A DNA stretch of 63,949 nt, filler included, from Octopus bimaculoides (taxonomy: Eukaryota), in assembly GCF_001194135.2 (NCBI RefSeq). It is 8 parts of 8 records of this genome, joined end to end, with 100 filler letters (N's around TTAATTAATTAA, not from the genome) between each part and the next. Parts side by side here need not be neighbours in the genome. Positions count along the whole stretch, not along the records: positions 1 to 11,644 come from NC_069004.1; 7 more parts are not named here. One strand, given 5' to 3'. The notes under the pieces were generated by a model, which saw nothing but the letters and a program-made list of their open reading frames with translations, was not told the DNA's origin and searched no databases. Every line of letters begins with the position of its first letter. Positions within the stretch are counted from its first letter, which is position 1. The translations under genes were made by a program, and so were the position numbers. Positions 1 to 10,555 of the stretch are shown one piece after another.

Positions 1-34
<34 letters not shown>

Positions 35-277
35 GTCGACGAAACTTAACCGAAATTTTGGCCGACCCAATATATATAGTTATATAGTGTGCAAAATTGT
101 GTATACAAACATACATACATACATACATACGTACGTACGTACATACATACATTCATATATACATACATTCATACATATATACATACATACATACATACAT
201 ACATTCATACATATATACATATGTCCGTATATATATACACACATGTACGTACATACATACATACATACATACATACA

Positions 278-385
278 TGTATGGCTGTGCAGTAAGGAGT
301 TTGATTCCCAACCACATGGTTCCAGGTTCAGTCCCACTGCGTGGTACCTTTGGCTAGTGTCATAACCTCAGGTTGATCAATACAG
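278..385 (+). mobile_element. tRNA-derived SINE type B, 5' fragment
   Basis: ggctgtg..gtaag...aaccacatggttccaggttcagtcccactgcgtggtacc matches the heads at 37401 and 62520. Confidence 0.75.
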
Positions 386-428
386 TGTGAGCAGATTTTA
401 TATACGTATGTATGTATGTATGTATGTA

Positions 429-485
<57 letters not shown>

Positions 486-1589
486 GTGTGCGTGATTGCG
501 TGCGTTTGTGTGTGTATGCGTGTGTGTGCGAGTGTGTGTATGTGTATGTATGTATATATATATATNNNNNNNNNNNNNNNNNNNNNNNNNNNNNNNNNNN
601 NNNNNNNNNNNNNNNNNNNNNNNNNNNNNNNNNNNNNNNNNNNNNNNNNNNNNNNNNNNNNNNNNNNNNNNNNNNNNNNNNNNNNNNNNNNNNNNNNNNN
701 NNNNNNNNNNNNNNNNNNNNNNNNNNNNNNNNNNNNNNNNNNNNNNNNNNNNNNNNNNNNNNNNNNNNNNNNNNNNNNNNNNNNNNNNNNNNNNNNNNNN
801 NNNNNNNNNNNNNNNNNNNNNNNNNNNNNNNNNNNNNNNNNNNNNNNNNNNNNNNNNNNNNNNNNNNNNNNNNNNNNNNNNNNNNNNNNNNNNNNNNNNN
901 NNNNNNNNNNNNNNNNNNNNNNNNNNNNNNNNNNNNNNNNNNNNNNNNNNNNNNNNNNNNNNNNNNNNNNNNNNNNNNNNNNNNNNNNNNNNNNNNNNNN
1001 NNNNNNNNNNNNNNNNNNNNNNNNNNNNNNNNNNNNNNNNNNNNNNNNNNNNNNNNNNNNNNNNNNNNNNNNNNNNNNNNNNNNNNNNNNNNNNNNNNNN
1101 NNNNNNNNNNNNNNNNNNNNNNNNNNNNNNNNNNNNNNNNNNNNNNNNNNNNNNNNNNNNNNNNNNNNNNNNNNNNNNNNNNNNNNNNNNNNNNNNNNNN
1201 NNNNNNNNNNNNNNNNNNNNNNNNNNNNNNNNNNNNNNNNNNNNNNNNNNNNNNNNNNNNNNNNNNNNNNNNNNNNNNNNNNNNNNNNNNNNNNNNNNNN
1301 NNNNNNNNNNNNNNNNNNNNNNNNNNNNNNNNNNNNNNNNNNNNNNNNNNNNNNNNNNNNNNNNNNNNNNNNNNNNNNNNNNNNNNNNNNNNNNNNNNNN
1401 NNNNNNNNNNNNNNNNNNNNNNNNNNNNNNNNNNNNNNNNNNNNNNNNNNNNNNNNNNNNNNNNNNNNNNNNNNNNNNNNNNNNNNNNNNNNNNNNNNNN
1501 NNNNNNNNNNNNNNNNNNNNNNNNNNNNNNNNNNNNNNNNNNNNNNNNNNNNNNNNNNTTGTTTTTCTGTAATTTCAACTATATATATA

Positions 1590-1762
1590 TATAATATTTT
1601 TTTTTATTCTCTCAGTGTTTATTTCCTTGTGTTCCTTTCTGGTGAAGCGCGTATGCTCGAAACGTAAAAGGCTTTCTTACATTCCCTAGCGTCAAACTAA
1701 TACACCTGCTTGTTGTTTATACACCTGTCTTTGTCTTTTGTTTTTCTGTAATTTCAACTATA
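1590..1762 (+). mobile_element. ~180-bp repeat unit (family E) carrying a hammerhead-like motif
   Basis: Homologous to 9615-9699 and to 24686-24810 (minus). Its 3' end (gtttttctgtaatttcaacta) also occurs at 1561, 179 bp upstream. Confidence 0.7.
1634..1671 (+). ncRNA. Degenerate minimal type I hammerhead ribozyme motif (family E)
   Basis: CCUUU-CUGGUGA-A-GCGC guau GCUC-GAAA-CGU-A-AAAGG. Stem I is a perfect 5 bp, stem II pairs 3 of 4, the cleavage triplet is GUA, and core A6 is replaced by G. Confidence 0.5.
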
Positions 1763-1794
1763 TATATATATAATAAATGTGTGTGTGTGTGTGT

Positions 1795-2103
1795 GTGAAG
1801 ACGCGTAATTAGGGCATTGGGCTTTCGATCGTAAGGTCATGATTTCAATTCTCGGCGACCCGTTGTGCCCTTGAGCAAGACACTTGGTTTCACGTTGCCC
1901 CATGCTACTCAGCTGGCAAAAATGAGTAGTACCTGTATTTCAAAGGGTCACCCTTGTCTTACTCTGTGTCTCACTGAATCTCCCTGAGAACTACGTTAGG
2001 GGTACACGTGTCTGTGGAGTGCTCAGCCACTTGCATGTTAATTTCACGAGCAACCTGTTCCGTTGATCGTATCGGCTGGGACCCTCGTTGTTTACGGCGA
2101 CGG
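1795..2103 (+). mobile_element. tRNA-derived SINE: CORE-like head joined to the type A 3' body
   Basis: ttgtgcccttgagcaagacactt...cagctggcaaaaatgag head like 48960-49320. The 3' part (gtacctgtatttcaaaggg...gtgtctgtggagtgctcagcc...cgacggagtg) matches 10889 and 45507. Confidence 0.85.
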
Positions 2104-2119
2104 AGTGTGTGCGTGTGTG

Positions 2120-2340
2120 AGTGTCTTTGTGTCCGTCTTTACCTCCTCACCCACCGCTTGATAACCGGTGTTGGTGTGTTTATGCCCTGTAACATAGCGG
2201 TTAGGCAAAGGCGATCGATAGAATAAGTACCAGTAGAATTAGCACAGAAGGAGTAAATACTGGGGTCAGTTCATTCGACTAAATATTCTTCAAGGCGGTG
2301 CCCCAACATGGCCGCAGTCCAATGACTGAAGCAAAAAGCA
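2120..2340 (+). mobile_element. SINE type B, 3' half
   Basis: cgcttgataaccg...ggcggtgccccaacatggccgcagtccaatgactgaa matches the other type B tails. Confidence 0.8.
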
Positions 2341-2599
2341 ATAATAAGAAAAACAAAATTGAAATACGACAAATGGAAATATCATCTAAGGGACATAATC
2401 AATACTTGAAAGGTCGATTGTATGCAAGGGAGACTACTACAGCAGATAATTTATTTTTCCATTAGGGATATCACGATTTTTATATAGAAGGAAGTAGGGA
2501 AAAAAACGAACAAATCTCTGAGAAGGGAAAATTCGACACTGAGTAATTCAAACTCATTTTTATTTAACCTATTAAATTACCCTATATAGTGTGCTATTA

Positions 2600-3300
2600 T
2601 TTAACCTATTAAATTCTACTATTTTCTATGATGTTATTTAACCTATTAAATTACACTGTCTTCTGTGATGGTATTAATCTATTAAATTACACTGTCTTCT
2701 GTGATGCCATTAACCTATTAAATTACACTGTCTTCTGTGATGCTAGTAACCTATTAAATTACACTGTCTTCTGTGATGGTATTAACCTATTAAATTACAC
2801 TGTCTTCTGTGATGCTATTAACCTATTAAATTACGCTGTCTTCTGTGATGCTATAAACCTATTGAATTACACTGTCTTCTGTGATGCTATTAACCTATTA
2901 AATTACACTGTCTTCTGTGATGCTAGTAACCTATTAAATTACACTGTCTTCTGTGATGCTATAAACCTATTGAATTACACTGTTTTCTGTGATGGTATTA
3001 ACCTATTAAATTACACTGTCTTTTGTGATGCTATTAACCTATTAAATTACGCTGTCTTCTGTGATGCTAGTAACCTATTAAATTACACTGTCTTCTGTGA
3101 TGCTATTAACCTATTAAATTACGCTGTCTTCTGTGATGCTATTAACCTATTAAATTACGCTGTCTTCTGTGATGCTAGTAACCTATTAGATTACACTGTC
3201 TTCTGTGATGCTATTAACCTATCAAATTACACTGTCTTCTGTGATGCTATTAACCTATTAAATTACACTGTCATCTCTGTTATTATTTAACCTATTAAAT
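2600..3300. repeat. 36-bp minisatellite, about 18 copies
   Basis: Unit aacctattaaattacactgtcttctgtgatgctatt, starting at 2640, 2676 and onward. Degenerate units flank it out to about 2565 and 3400. Confidence 0.97.
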
Positions 3301-3464
3301 TACATTGTTAAATTACACTTTTAAATTACACTGTTATATAGCCTAATAAAATACACTGTCCATTGTGTTGTTTGTTATTTAACCTATCAAATTATGTTGT
3401 CTACAGCTTTGGAAAATTACTATTTTTAAATCTCACAATGTGATATATTCAACAACAGTACTTT

Positions 3465-3720
3465 GGAGTAAAGATTATTTGCCATCATAACATGGCAGTC
3501 CTGGTTTAGGACGAATGTTGCTGTAATTTAGCCCCAGGAGACATCGTCTTCAGCTGACTATACGATACGATCTGTGTCCTTATATTCCCTTGTTCGAAAA
3601 TATAAGGACATAGATCGTGTCGTATAGCCAGCTGGTGACGATGTCTCCTGAGGCTAAATTATAGCAACATTCGTCCTAAACCAGGACTGCCATGTTATGA
3701 TGGCAAATAATCTTTACTCT
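3465..3720. repeat. Long near-perfect palindrome (fold-back or MITE-like element)
   Basis: Arms of about 120 bp (agtaaagattatttgcc...ccttatatt / aatataagg...ggcaaataatctttact) around a 12-nt loop at 3587-3598. Confidence 0.92.
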
Positions 3721-4027
3721 AGTCTACAGTTTTGCTGGAAGCTTGCAGTATCTTTAGCACACTGGCCAAAACGCGTTCCATTATCTCGACCGTCTAAATT
3801 CCGCTGATGTTGATTTTGCGTTTCGTTCTTTCTGGTCATTATGGTAAAAACCTTTCGAGCCCTGGCGTTGTTTTTATTTAGTAGCAACTCCTCCCAACAA
3901 TTTCAGGCCATTTCTCGATAATAGAAAAGATTGTCATTACTATTTGTGAATATAAAGTGGCAAGCTACCCCTCTCAACAATTTCAGGCTTTTGCTTATAA
4001 TAGAAAGCATCAGTGTTTGTGAATATA

Positions 4028-4250
4028 AGACGGCGAGCAGGCAGAATCGTTGGCACGCCGGACAAAACGATTAGCAGCATTTCGTCCAACTTTACGTTCT
4101 GAGTTCGAATTCCGCCGAGGTCGACTTTACCTTGCATCCTTTCAGGGTCGATGAAATAAGTATCAGTTGAGCACTGGGGTCGATGTAATTGACTAGTCCC
4201 TTCCCTCCCCACAAAACTTCAGGCCTTGTGCCTTTAGTGGAAAGGATTAT
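4028..4250 (+). mobile_element. tRNA-derived SINE type C, full length
   Basis: ggcgagcaggcagaatcgttggcacg...gagttcgaattccgccgaggtcgac...ttcaggccttgtgcc. Homologous to 23088, 58280, 61945 and 63803. Confidence 0.88.
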
Positions 4251-4329
4251 TATTTGTGAATATAAAATGGCAAGCTGTCCTTCCTCAACAATTTCAGGCC
4301 TTGTGCCTATAATAGACATTGCCATGTTC

Positions 4330-4500
4330 TTTTATTCATTTACTTGTTTCAGTCATTTGGCTGCGGCCATGCTGGAGCACCGCCTTTAGTCGAGCAAATC
4401 CATCCCAGGACTTATTCTTTGTAAGCCTAATACTTATTGTATCGTTTTTCTTTTGCCGAACCGCGAAGTTACGGGGACGTAAACACACCACCATCGGTTG
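4330..4500 (-). mobile_element. SINE type B, 3' part
   Basis: Reverse complement of ...gactaaaggcggtgctccagcatggccgcagccaaatgactgaaacaagtaaa. Confidence 0.88.
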
Positions 4501-4698
4501 TTTGTTCTATAACCAATGCTTCTTTATCTTCGTCTCATTTATATTTGAGCACTTCTTTTGCAGTCCCATAAAACCATTTAGTTTCTATAATAAGAGACAA
4601 ATATTATTCTTGTTGTATATATATGCGTATGTATATGTATACACACATATATATGTATATATATGTGTGTGTGTGTATCGCGACGCATCCATTTCCAA

Positions 4699-4766
<68 letters not shown>

Positions 4767-4774
4767 TCTTATTA

Positions 4775-5160
4775 ATTTGTGCGTTGTATAACGTTTTAGG
4801 CCATGGTATCACGAATCAGAGGTAGATAGATAGATGCAATGGCGATGCTATTTTCGGTCAGCAACTTCCGATGTGGGTCACGTCTTTAGTACTGATACCA
4901 TCTTGTCTGCATCGGTTGTCACATCAACGGCATTTTCAAACATATTTATCTGTTCTCTCTATCAGATATTTCGTTAAAACTTCCTGTTCTTGGATTACTA
5001 ATGCCTACCTTCAAAGTGAGAGATATATATATTCTGGTTGTTGGTCCACTACAGACCACTCTGGTTATCGCGATAGGCGCTTTGAAGTTTTTTTCCTAAC
5101 AACGTAGTCTCGTATTTTTGTTCTTTTTTGCTGACAGAAGCAGAAACGATTTTGTCTGAT
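4775..5160 (-). mobile_element. R4/Dong-like (RLE) non-LTR retrotransposon remnant, post-RT zinc-knuckle region
   Basis: Frameshifted translation includes SHFEG..IQEQEVLTKYLI...CRQDG...DVTHIGSC...[13 protein letters not shown], homologous to 59895-60355. Confidence 0.75.
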
Positions 5161-5387
5161 GGTCTGTTGCGATAAAGCTGTGTGTGTATGTATGTATGTA
5201 TGTATGTATGTATGTATGTATGTATGTATGTATGTATGTATTCATGTATGCATGTATGTATGTATTTAGTATGTATGTGCATGGATGTGTGTATGTATGT
5301 GTGTGCATGTATGTTTGTGAGTATATAATATGTATGTAAATATGTGTGTACGTTTTATGTATATATGTATGTATCTACCTATCTATT

Positions 5388-5448
<61 letters not shown>

Positions 5449-5905
5449 NNNNNNNNNNNNNNNNNNNNNNNNNNNNNNNNNNNNNNNNNNNNNNNNNNNN
5501 NNNNNNNNNNNNNNNNNNNNNNNNNNNNNNNNNNNNNNNNNNNNNNNNNNNNNNNNNNNNNNNNNNNNNNNNNNNNNNNNNNNNNNNNNNNNNNNNNNNN
5601 NNNNNNNNNNNNNNNNNNNNNNNNNNNNNNNNNNNNNNNNNNNNNNNNNNNNNNNNNNNNNNNNNNNNNNNNNNNNNNNNNNNNNNNNNNNNNNNNNNNN
5701 NNNNNNNNNNNNNNNNNNNNNNNNNNNNNNNNNNNNNNNNNNNNNNNNNNNNNNNNNNNNNNNNNNNNNNNNNNNNNNNNNNNNNNNNNNNNNNNNNNNN
5801 NNNNNNNNNNNNNNNNNNNNNNNNNNNNNNNNNNNNNAGATGACGGGAATATCATAAGAGGGGTCTACCTTTCGTGTAAGTTTACAGCGTCTGACTTTCT
5901 GGTGT

Positions 5906-5953
5906 CTGTAGCTGAAGAAGAGCTAACCGCTCCGAAATGCAGGCATCCTTCAG
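5906..5953 (+). ncRNA. Type I hammerhead ribozyme motif (family F, copy 1)
   Basis: CUGUAG-CUGAAGA-AGAGC uaacc GCUCC-GAA-AUGC ag GCAU-C-CUUCAG. The core is intact and the triplet is AUC, with one mismatch each in stems I and II. Confidence 0.65.
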
Positions 5954-6235
5954 TTTTGTTAGGAAACGCTGTGAACTGAATCGATGTATTCATACCTGTC
6001 TAGAGTGAGAAATTTTTTCCATGACAAAATAGAGTGAGGGCCTTTCTTATGGACTCAAATATGGCTCAAACAAGTAACAAGTTTATATTTATACACGCCA
6101 CTGCTTAGCGCTGTCATTTCATATTTTATTTATGGTGAGTCGCTAAATAACACAACCGATTATTAAAAGGTGACGAGAATATCATAAGTGGAAGATACTT
6201 CTCGTGTCACTTCGCTGGGTCGGACTTTTCGGTCT

Positions 6236-6283
6236 CTGTAGCTGAGGAGGAGATAACCACTCCGAAATGTATGTACCACACAG
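6236..6283 (+). ncRNA. Type I hammerhead ribozyme motif (family F, copy 2, decayed)
   Basis: CUGUAG-CUGAGGA-GGAG auaacca CUCC-GAA-AUGUAUGUAC-C-ACACAG. The core and stem II are perfect, but U16.1 is mutated to C. Confidence 0.55.
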
Positions 6284-6659
6284 TGGCTAGGGAACGTCGT
6301 GTGTTGACTCGGGGTATTTACACTGATTTGTGTACAGGCAGAAATTGTCTCTTGGCTTTCTTACGACTTCGAATACACCACAAGCATATTTGAACTGCTA
6401 ACAAGTTCGTATTTATACGTAACTACACGAATAAATACATATTCCTAAATGTCGGTCGGTATCTGTGCTTACGTATATGTGTGTTTAGAATCTGACGATT
6501 TTCTCAATCGATTTATATATAACAAAAACTGTTCATTAATAGATATGACGAAATGATTTAAGTCACACATAAAGACAAACAAGGAAACAAGCATATATTC
6601 TTAATTATAGAGAGACTTATATACGTTCAAATATATATATATTTATATACATACGCATA

Positions 6660-6737
6660 TAGTTACATGTATATATCTACATACATATACACATGTACAT
6701 ATATATGTATATATAAGCATATATATATGTATGTGTG

Positions 6738-6793
<56 letters not shown>

Positions 6794-6869
6794 TATATGT
6801 ATATTTATATGTATACATATATATGTATACACACATACGCACACACACAGTGTTANNNNNNNNNNATAT

Positions 6870-6932
<63 letters not shown>

Positions 6933-7262
6933 TCGATATATTTAGATATACTGACGGATAAATAAAGATATATATTGATTAAAAACTTCCATTATAAGTT
7001 CATTAGCATGAGGAAATTATCTTACCATATCCTAGCACATACATGCACACACCCACACACGATCACATACATACACACAGTCACATGCCTACACACGCAC
7101 ATGCAACAAACACATACCTATACACACATACACACACGTTTTTCTAGTTCAAAGAATCGGTGTTGTTTATTCCGCCGCCGCCATCACCACCGCCATCCAC
7201 AAAAAGCAGTAGGTAAAAACACATACACAAACACTCACACAAACATCGACCCACGCACACAA

Positions 7263-7327
<65 letters not shown>

Positions 7328-8316
7328 NNNNNNNNNNNNNNNNNNNNNNNNNNNNNNNNNNNNNNNNNNNNNNNNNNNNNNNNNNNNNNNNNNNNNNNNN
7401 NNNNNNNNNNNNNNNNNNNNNNNNNNNNNNNNNNNNNNNNNNNNNNNNNNNNNNNNNNNNNNNNNNNNNNNNNNNNNNNNNNNNNNNNNNNNNNNNNNNN
7501 NNNNNNNNNNNNNNNNNNNNNNNNNNNNNNNNNNNNNNNNNNNNNNNNNNNNNNNNNNNNNNNNNNNNNNNNNNNNNNNNNNNNNNNNNNNNNNNNNNNN
7601 NNNNNNNNNNNNNNNNNNNNNNNNNNNNNNNNNNNNNNNNNNNNNNNNNNNNNNNNNNNNNNNNNNNNNNNNNNNNNNNNNNNNNNNNNNNNNNNNNNNN
7701 NNNNNNNNNNNNNNNNNNNNNNNNNNNNNNNNNNNNNNNNNNNNNNNNNNNNNNNNNNNNNNNNNNNNNNNNNNNNNNNNNNNNNNNNNNNNNNNNNNNN
7801 NNNNNNNNNNNNNNNNNNNNNNNNNNNNNNNNNNNNNNNNNNNNNNNNNNNNNNNNNNNNNNNNNNNNNNNNNNNNNNNNNNNNNNNNNNNNNNNNNNNN
7901 NNNNNNNNNNNNNNNNNNNNNNNNNNNNNNNNNNNNNNNNNNNNNNNNNNNNNNNNNNNNNNNNNNNNNNNNNNNNNNNNNNNNNAGTGTTGTTGTTCTT
8001 GTTGTTGTTGGTAGCAGTGGTGGTGGTTGTTGTGGTGGTGATGGTGGTGGTTGTGGTGGTGGTGGCTGTGGTGGTGGTAGTGGTGGTAGTGGTGGTGGTG
8101 ATATTAGTTGTTGTGACTGTGTGGTTGTTGTTGGTTGTGGTGGTGGCGCCGGTGGTGGTGTGGTCATGTAACGTTGTCAGCTGACTCGGTTGTGGTGGTG
8201 CTGATAGTGGTGCTGATGGCAATAGTAGTGGTGGTGGTGGTAGGAAAAGGTGGGAAATAGAAATAAAAAGTTAAATACTACCGCCACCACCACCAGCAAC
8301 ACAACAACCAACACCA

Positions 8317-8347
<31 letters not shown>

Positions 8348-8443
8348 GGCTACTGCTGCCCGTCTTGTTCATGCTATTTCTACAACAATAGCAAAAACAA
8401 TGACATGAATAACAACTTAAACAACAAACACAAAACAACAATT

Positions 8444-8540
<97 letters not shown>

Positions 8541-8724
8541 TAATAATAATAATAGTAATAGTAATAATAATAATGATGATGATGATGATGATGACGACTT
8601 ATTAATAATTCTTAAGAAAAAACTCTTGATGTCTTCAAAGGATGACTAATGATAATGATGATGATGATGATGATAATGATGATGATGATGAGGAGGAGGA
8701 GGAGGAGGAGGAGGATAATGTTGA

Positions 8725-8755
<31 letters not shown>

Positions 8756-8880
8756 TTTGATAATAACAATAGAAATAATAAGAAAACACCATCAACAACA
8801 ACAACAACAACACGAACAATTAAATAGCGACAACAACAAATATACGATATTAAAACAGTAGATTACTTATAGAAATAATA
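6660..8880. repeat. Compound microsatellite field (TA, TAGA, CA, GGT, ACT, AAT, GAT, GAG) with N gaps
   Basis: Directly visible simple repeats. Confidence 0.95.
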
Positions 8881-9384
8881 ACAACAATAATTATAAAAAA
8901 AAAAACTAAAAAAACATTAAATACATTATAATGTTTTGTTTATGAATTTTTCGTTGAAAGAGTTTTTTCGTTTCGTTTCTTTGTTTTTTTTTTTTTATAT
9001 TTGCCAAAAGTTATATAATATTAAAGTTACGAATTTATTTATCTGCCTATGTGTACCTTAAATCTTGCGAAATTAGTAAAATCTACAGCAAAAACTTTTC
9101 AGCTTATGTTCTCCTAAGTATGAATGCTTTTGTCTTCAAATATCCTCCAGTTCGTTTCTAGGCCCTGGAACCCCAAAACTGAAGAATGCCTCTGTTAATT
9201 TTTATCAGTATATCAGGAAACGACTGGTGTGCTGTTAGACATTTCTACCACTAGCAACGACCTAAGTCAATTTTGCTTTTCGTTATTTCGGTGTCGATTA
9301 AAATAAAACAGAAAAAAAAACGAAACTCAGCTAAACAAAGGCAACAATCGGCAAGCAACCACCCTCCATGAATATCTACATTTT

Positions 9385-9580
9385 CCACCTTTTCAGTCAT
9401 TTGACTGCGGTCATGCTGGAGCACCGCCTTTAGTCGAGCAAATCGACCCTAGGACTTATTCTTTATAAGCCTAGCACTTATTCTATTGGTCTCTTCCTTG
9501 CCGAACCGCTAAATGACAGGGACGTAAGCGCACTAGCATCGGCTGTCAAGCGATGTTGCGCTGACAAACGCAGACACACA

Positions 9581-9585
<5 letters not shown>
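9385..9585 (-). mobile_element. SINE type B, 3' half
   Basis: cagtcatttgactgcggtcatgctggagcaccgcctttagtcgagcaaatcgacc...gtcaagcgatgtt is the reverse complement of the type B tail. Confidence 0.88.
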
Positions 9586-9615
<30 letters not shown>

Positions 9616-9645
9616 TTGTATCTCTCCTTGTTTCTTTCTGTGTTG

Positions 9646-9681
9646 CTTTCAGTTGAAGAGCGTAGGCTCGAAACGTTAAAG
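9646..9681 (+). ncRNA. Degenerate hammerhead motif (family E, copy 2; element 9615-9699 runs into a gap)
   Basis: CUUU-CAGUUGA-A-GAGC guag GCUC-GAAA-CGU-U-AAAG. Stems I and II are perfect, and the core has U4A and A6U changes. Confidence 0.5.
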
Positions 9682-10194
9682 ACTTTCTCTATTCCCGAGN
9701 NNNNNNNNNNNNNNNNNNNNNNNNNNNNNNNNNNNNNNNNNNNNNNNNNNNNNNNNNNNNNNNNNNNNNNNNNNNNNNNNNNNNNNNNNNNNNNNNNNNN
9801 NNNNNNNNNNNNNNNNNNNNNNNNNNNNNNNNNNNNNNNNNNNNNNNNNNNNNNNNNNNNNNNNNNNNNNNNNNNNNNNNNNNNNNNNNNNNNNNNNNNN
9901 NNNNNNNNNNNNNNNNNNNNNNNNNNNNNNNNNNNNNNNNNNNNNNNNNNNNNNNNNNNNNNNNNNNNNNNNNNNNNNNNNNNNNNNNNNNNNNNNNNNN
10001 NNNNNNNNNNNNNNNNNNNNNNNNNNNNNNNNNNNNNNNNNNNNNNNNNNNNNNNNNNNNNNNNNNNNNNNNNNNNNNNNNNNNNNNNNNNNNNNNNNNN
10101 NNNNNNNNNNNNNNNNNNNNNNNNNNNNNNNNNNNNNNNNNNNNNNNNNNNNNNNNNNNNNNNNNNNNNNNNNNNNNNNNNNNNNNNNNNNNNN

Positions 10195-10247
<53 letters not shown>

Positions 10248-10269
10248 TTCCCTCTCTCTCTCTCTCTTT

Positions 10270-10510
10270 CTCTCTCTGCGCTACGTTTAACACATCTGTT
10301 CCTATTAGTCTTTTTATCTCTACATCTTTAGAACGTTTTCTTTCTCGATCTTAGCCTCGTCCTTCAATTTCTCAACACATTTCTTTAACCAGTCTCCTCT
10401 CTCGTACTCGCTTAGGTTGTATCCCTTCTCTGGTTACATCACTTAATATTTCTCGTCTTTCCCCTGCACACTCTATTACTTAAACTTGCCTTCTTTGTAA
10501 AGCTGTCTCC
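10270..10510 (-). mobile_element. Possible RTE-like LINE 3' remnant
   Basis: Purine-rich minus-strand translation DWLKKCVEKLKDEAKIEK resembles the WVKKC..EVEG.R.RGRP region of RTE elements. Weak. Confidence 0.3.
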
Positions 10511-10518
10511 CCTATTCC

Positions 10519-10555
<37 letters not shown>

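Larger units (their letters stand above)
5838..6490 (+). mobile_element. Diverged tandem dimer of a 330-bp unit, each unit with a hammerhead motif (retrozyme-like, family F)
   Basis: tgacgggaatatcataag at 5841 and tgacgagaatatcataag at 6171. Hammerhead motifs are at the same 330-bp offset, and similarity continues to about 6420. Confidence 0.7.

Noticed and set aside
2600-3300. CRISPR-like array
   Set aside because: The units are contiguous with no unique spacers, the context is eukaryotic, and there are no cas genes.
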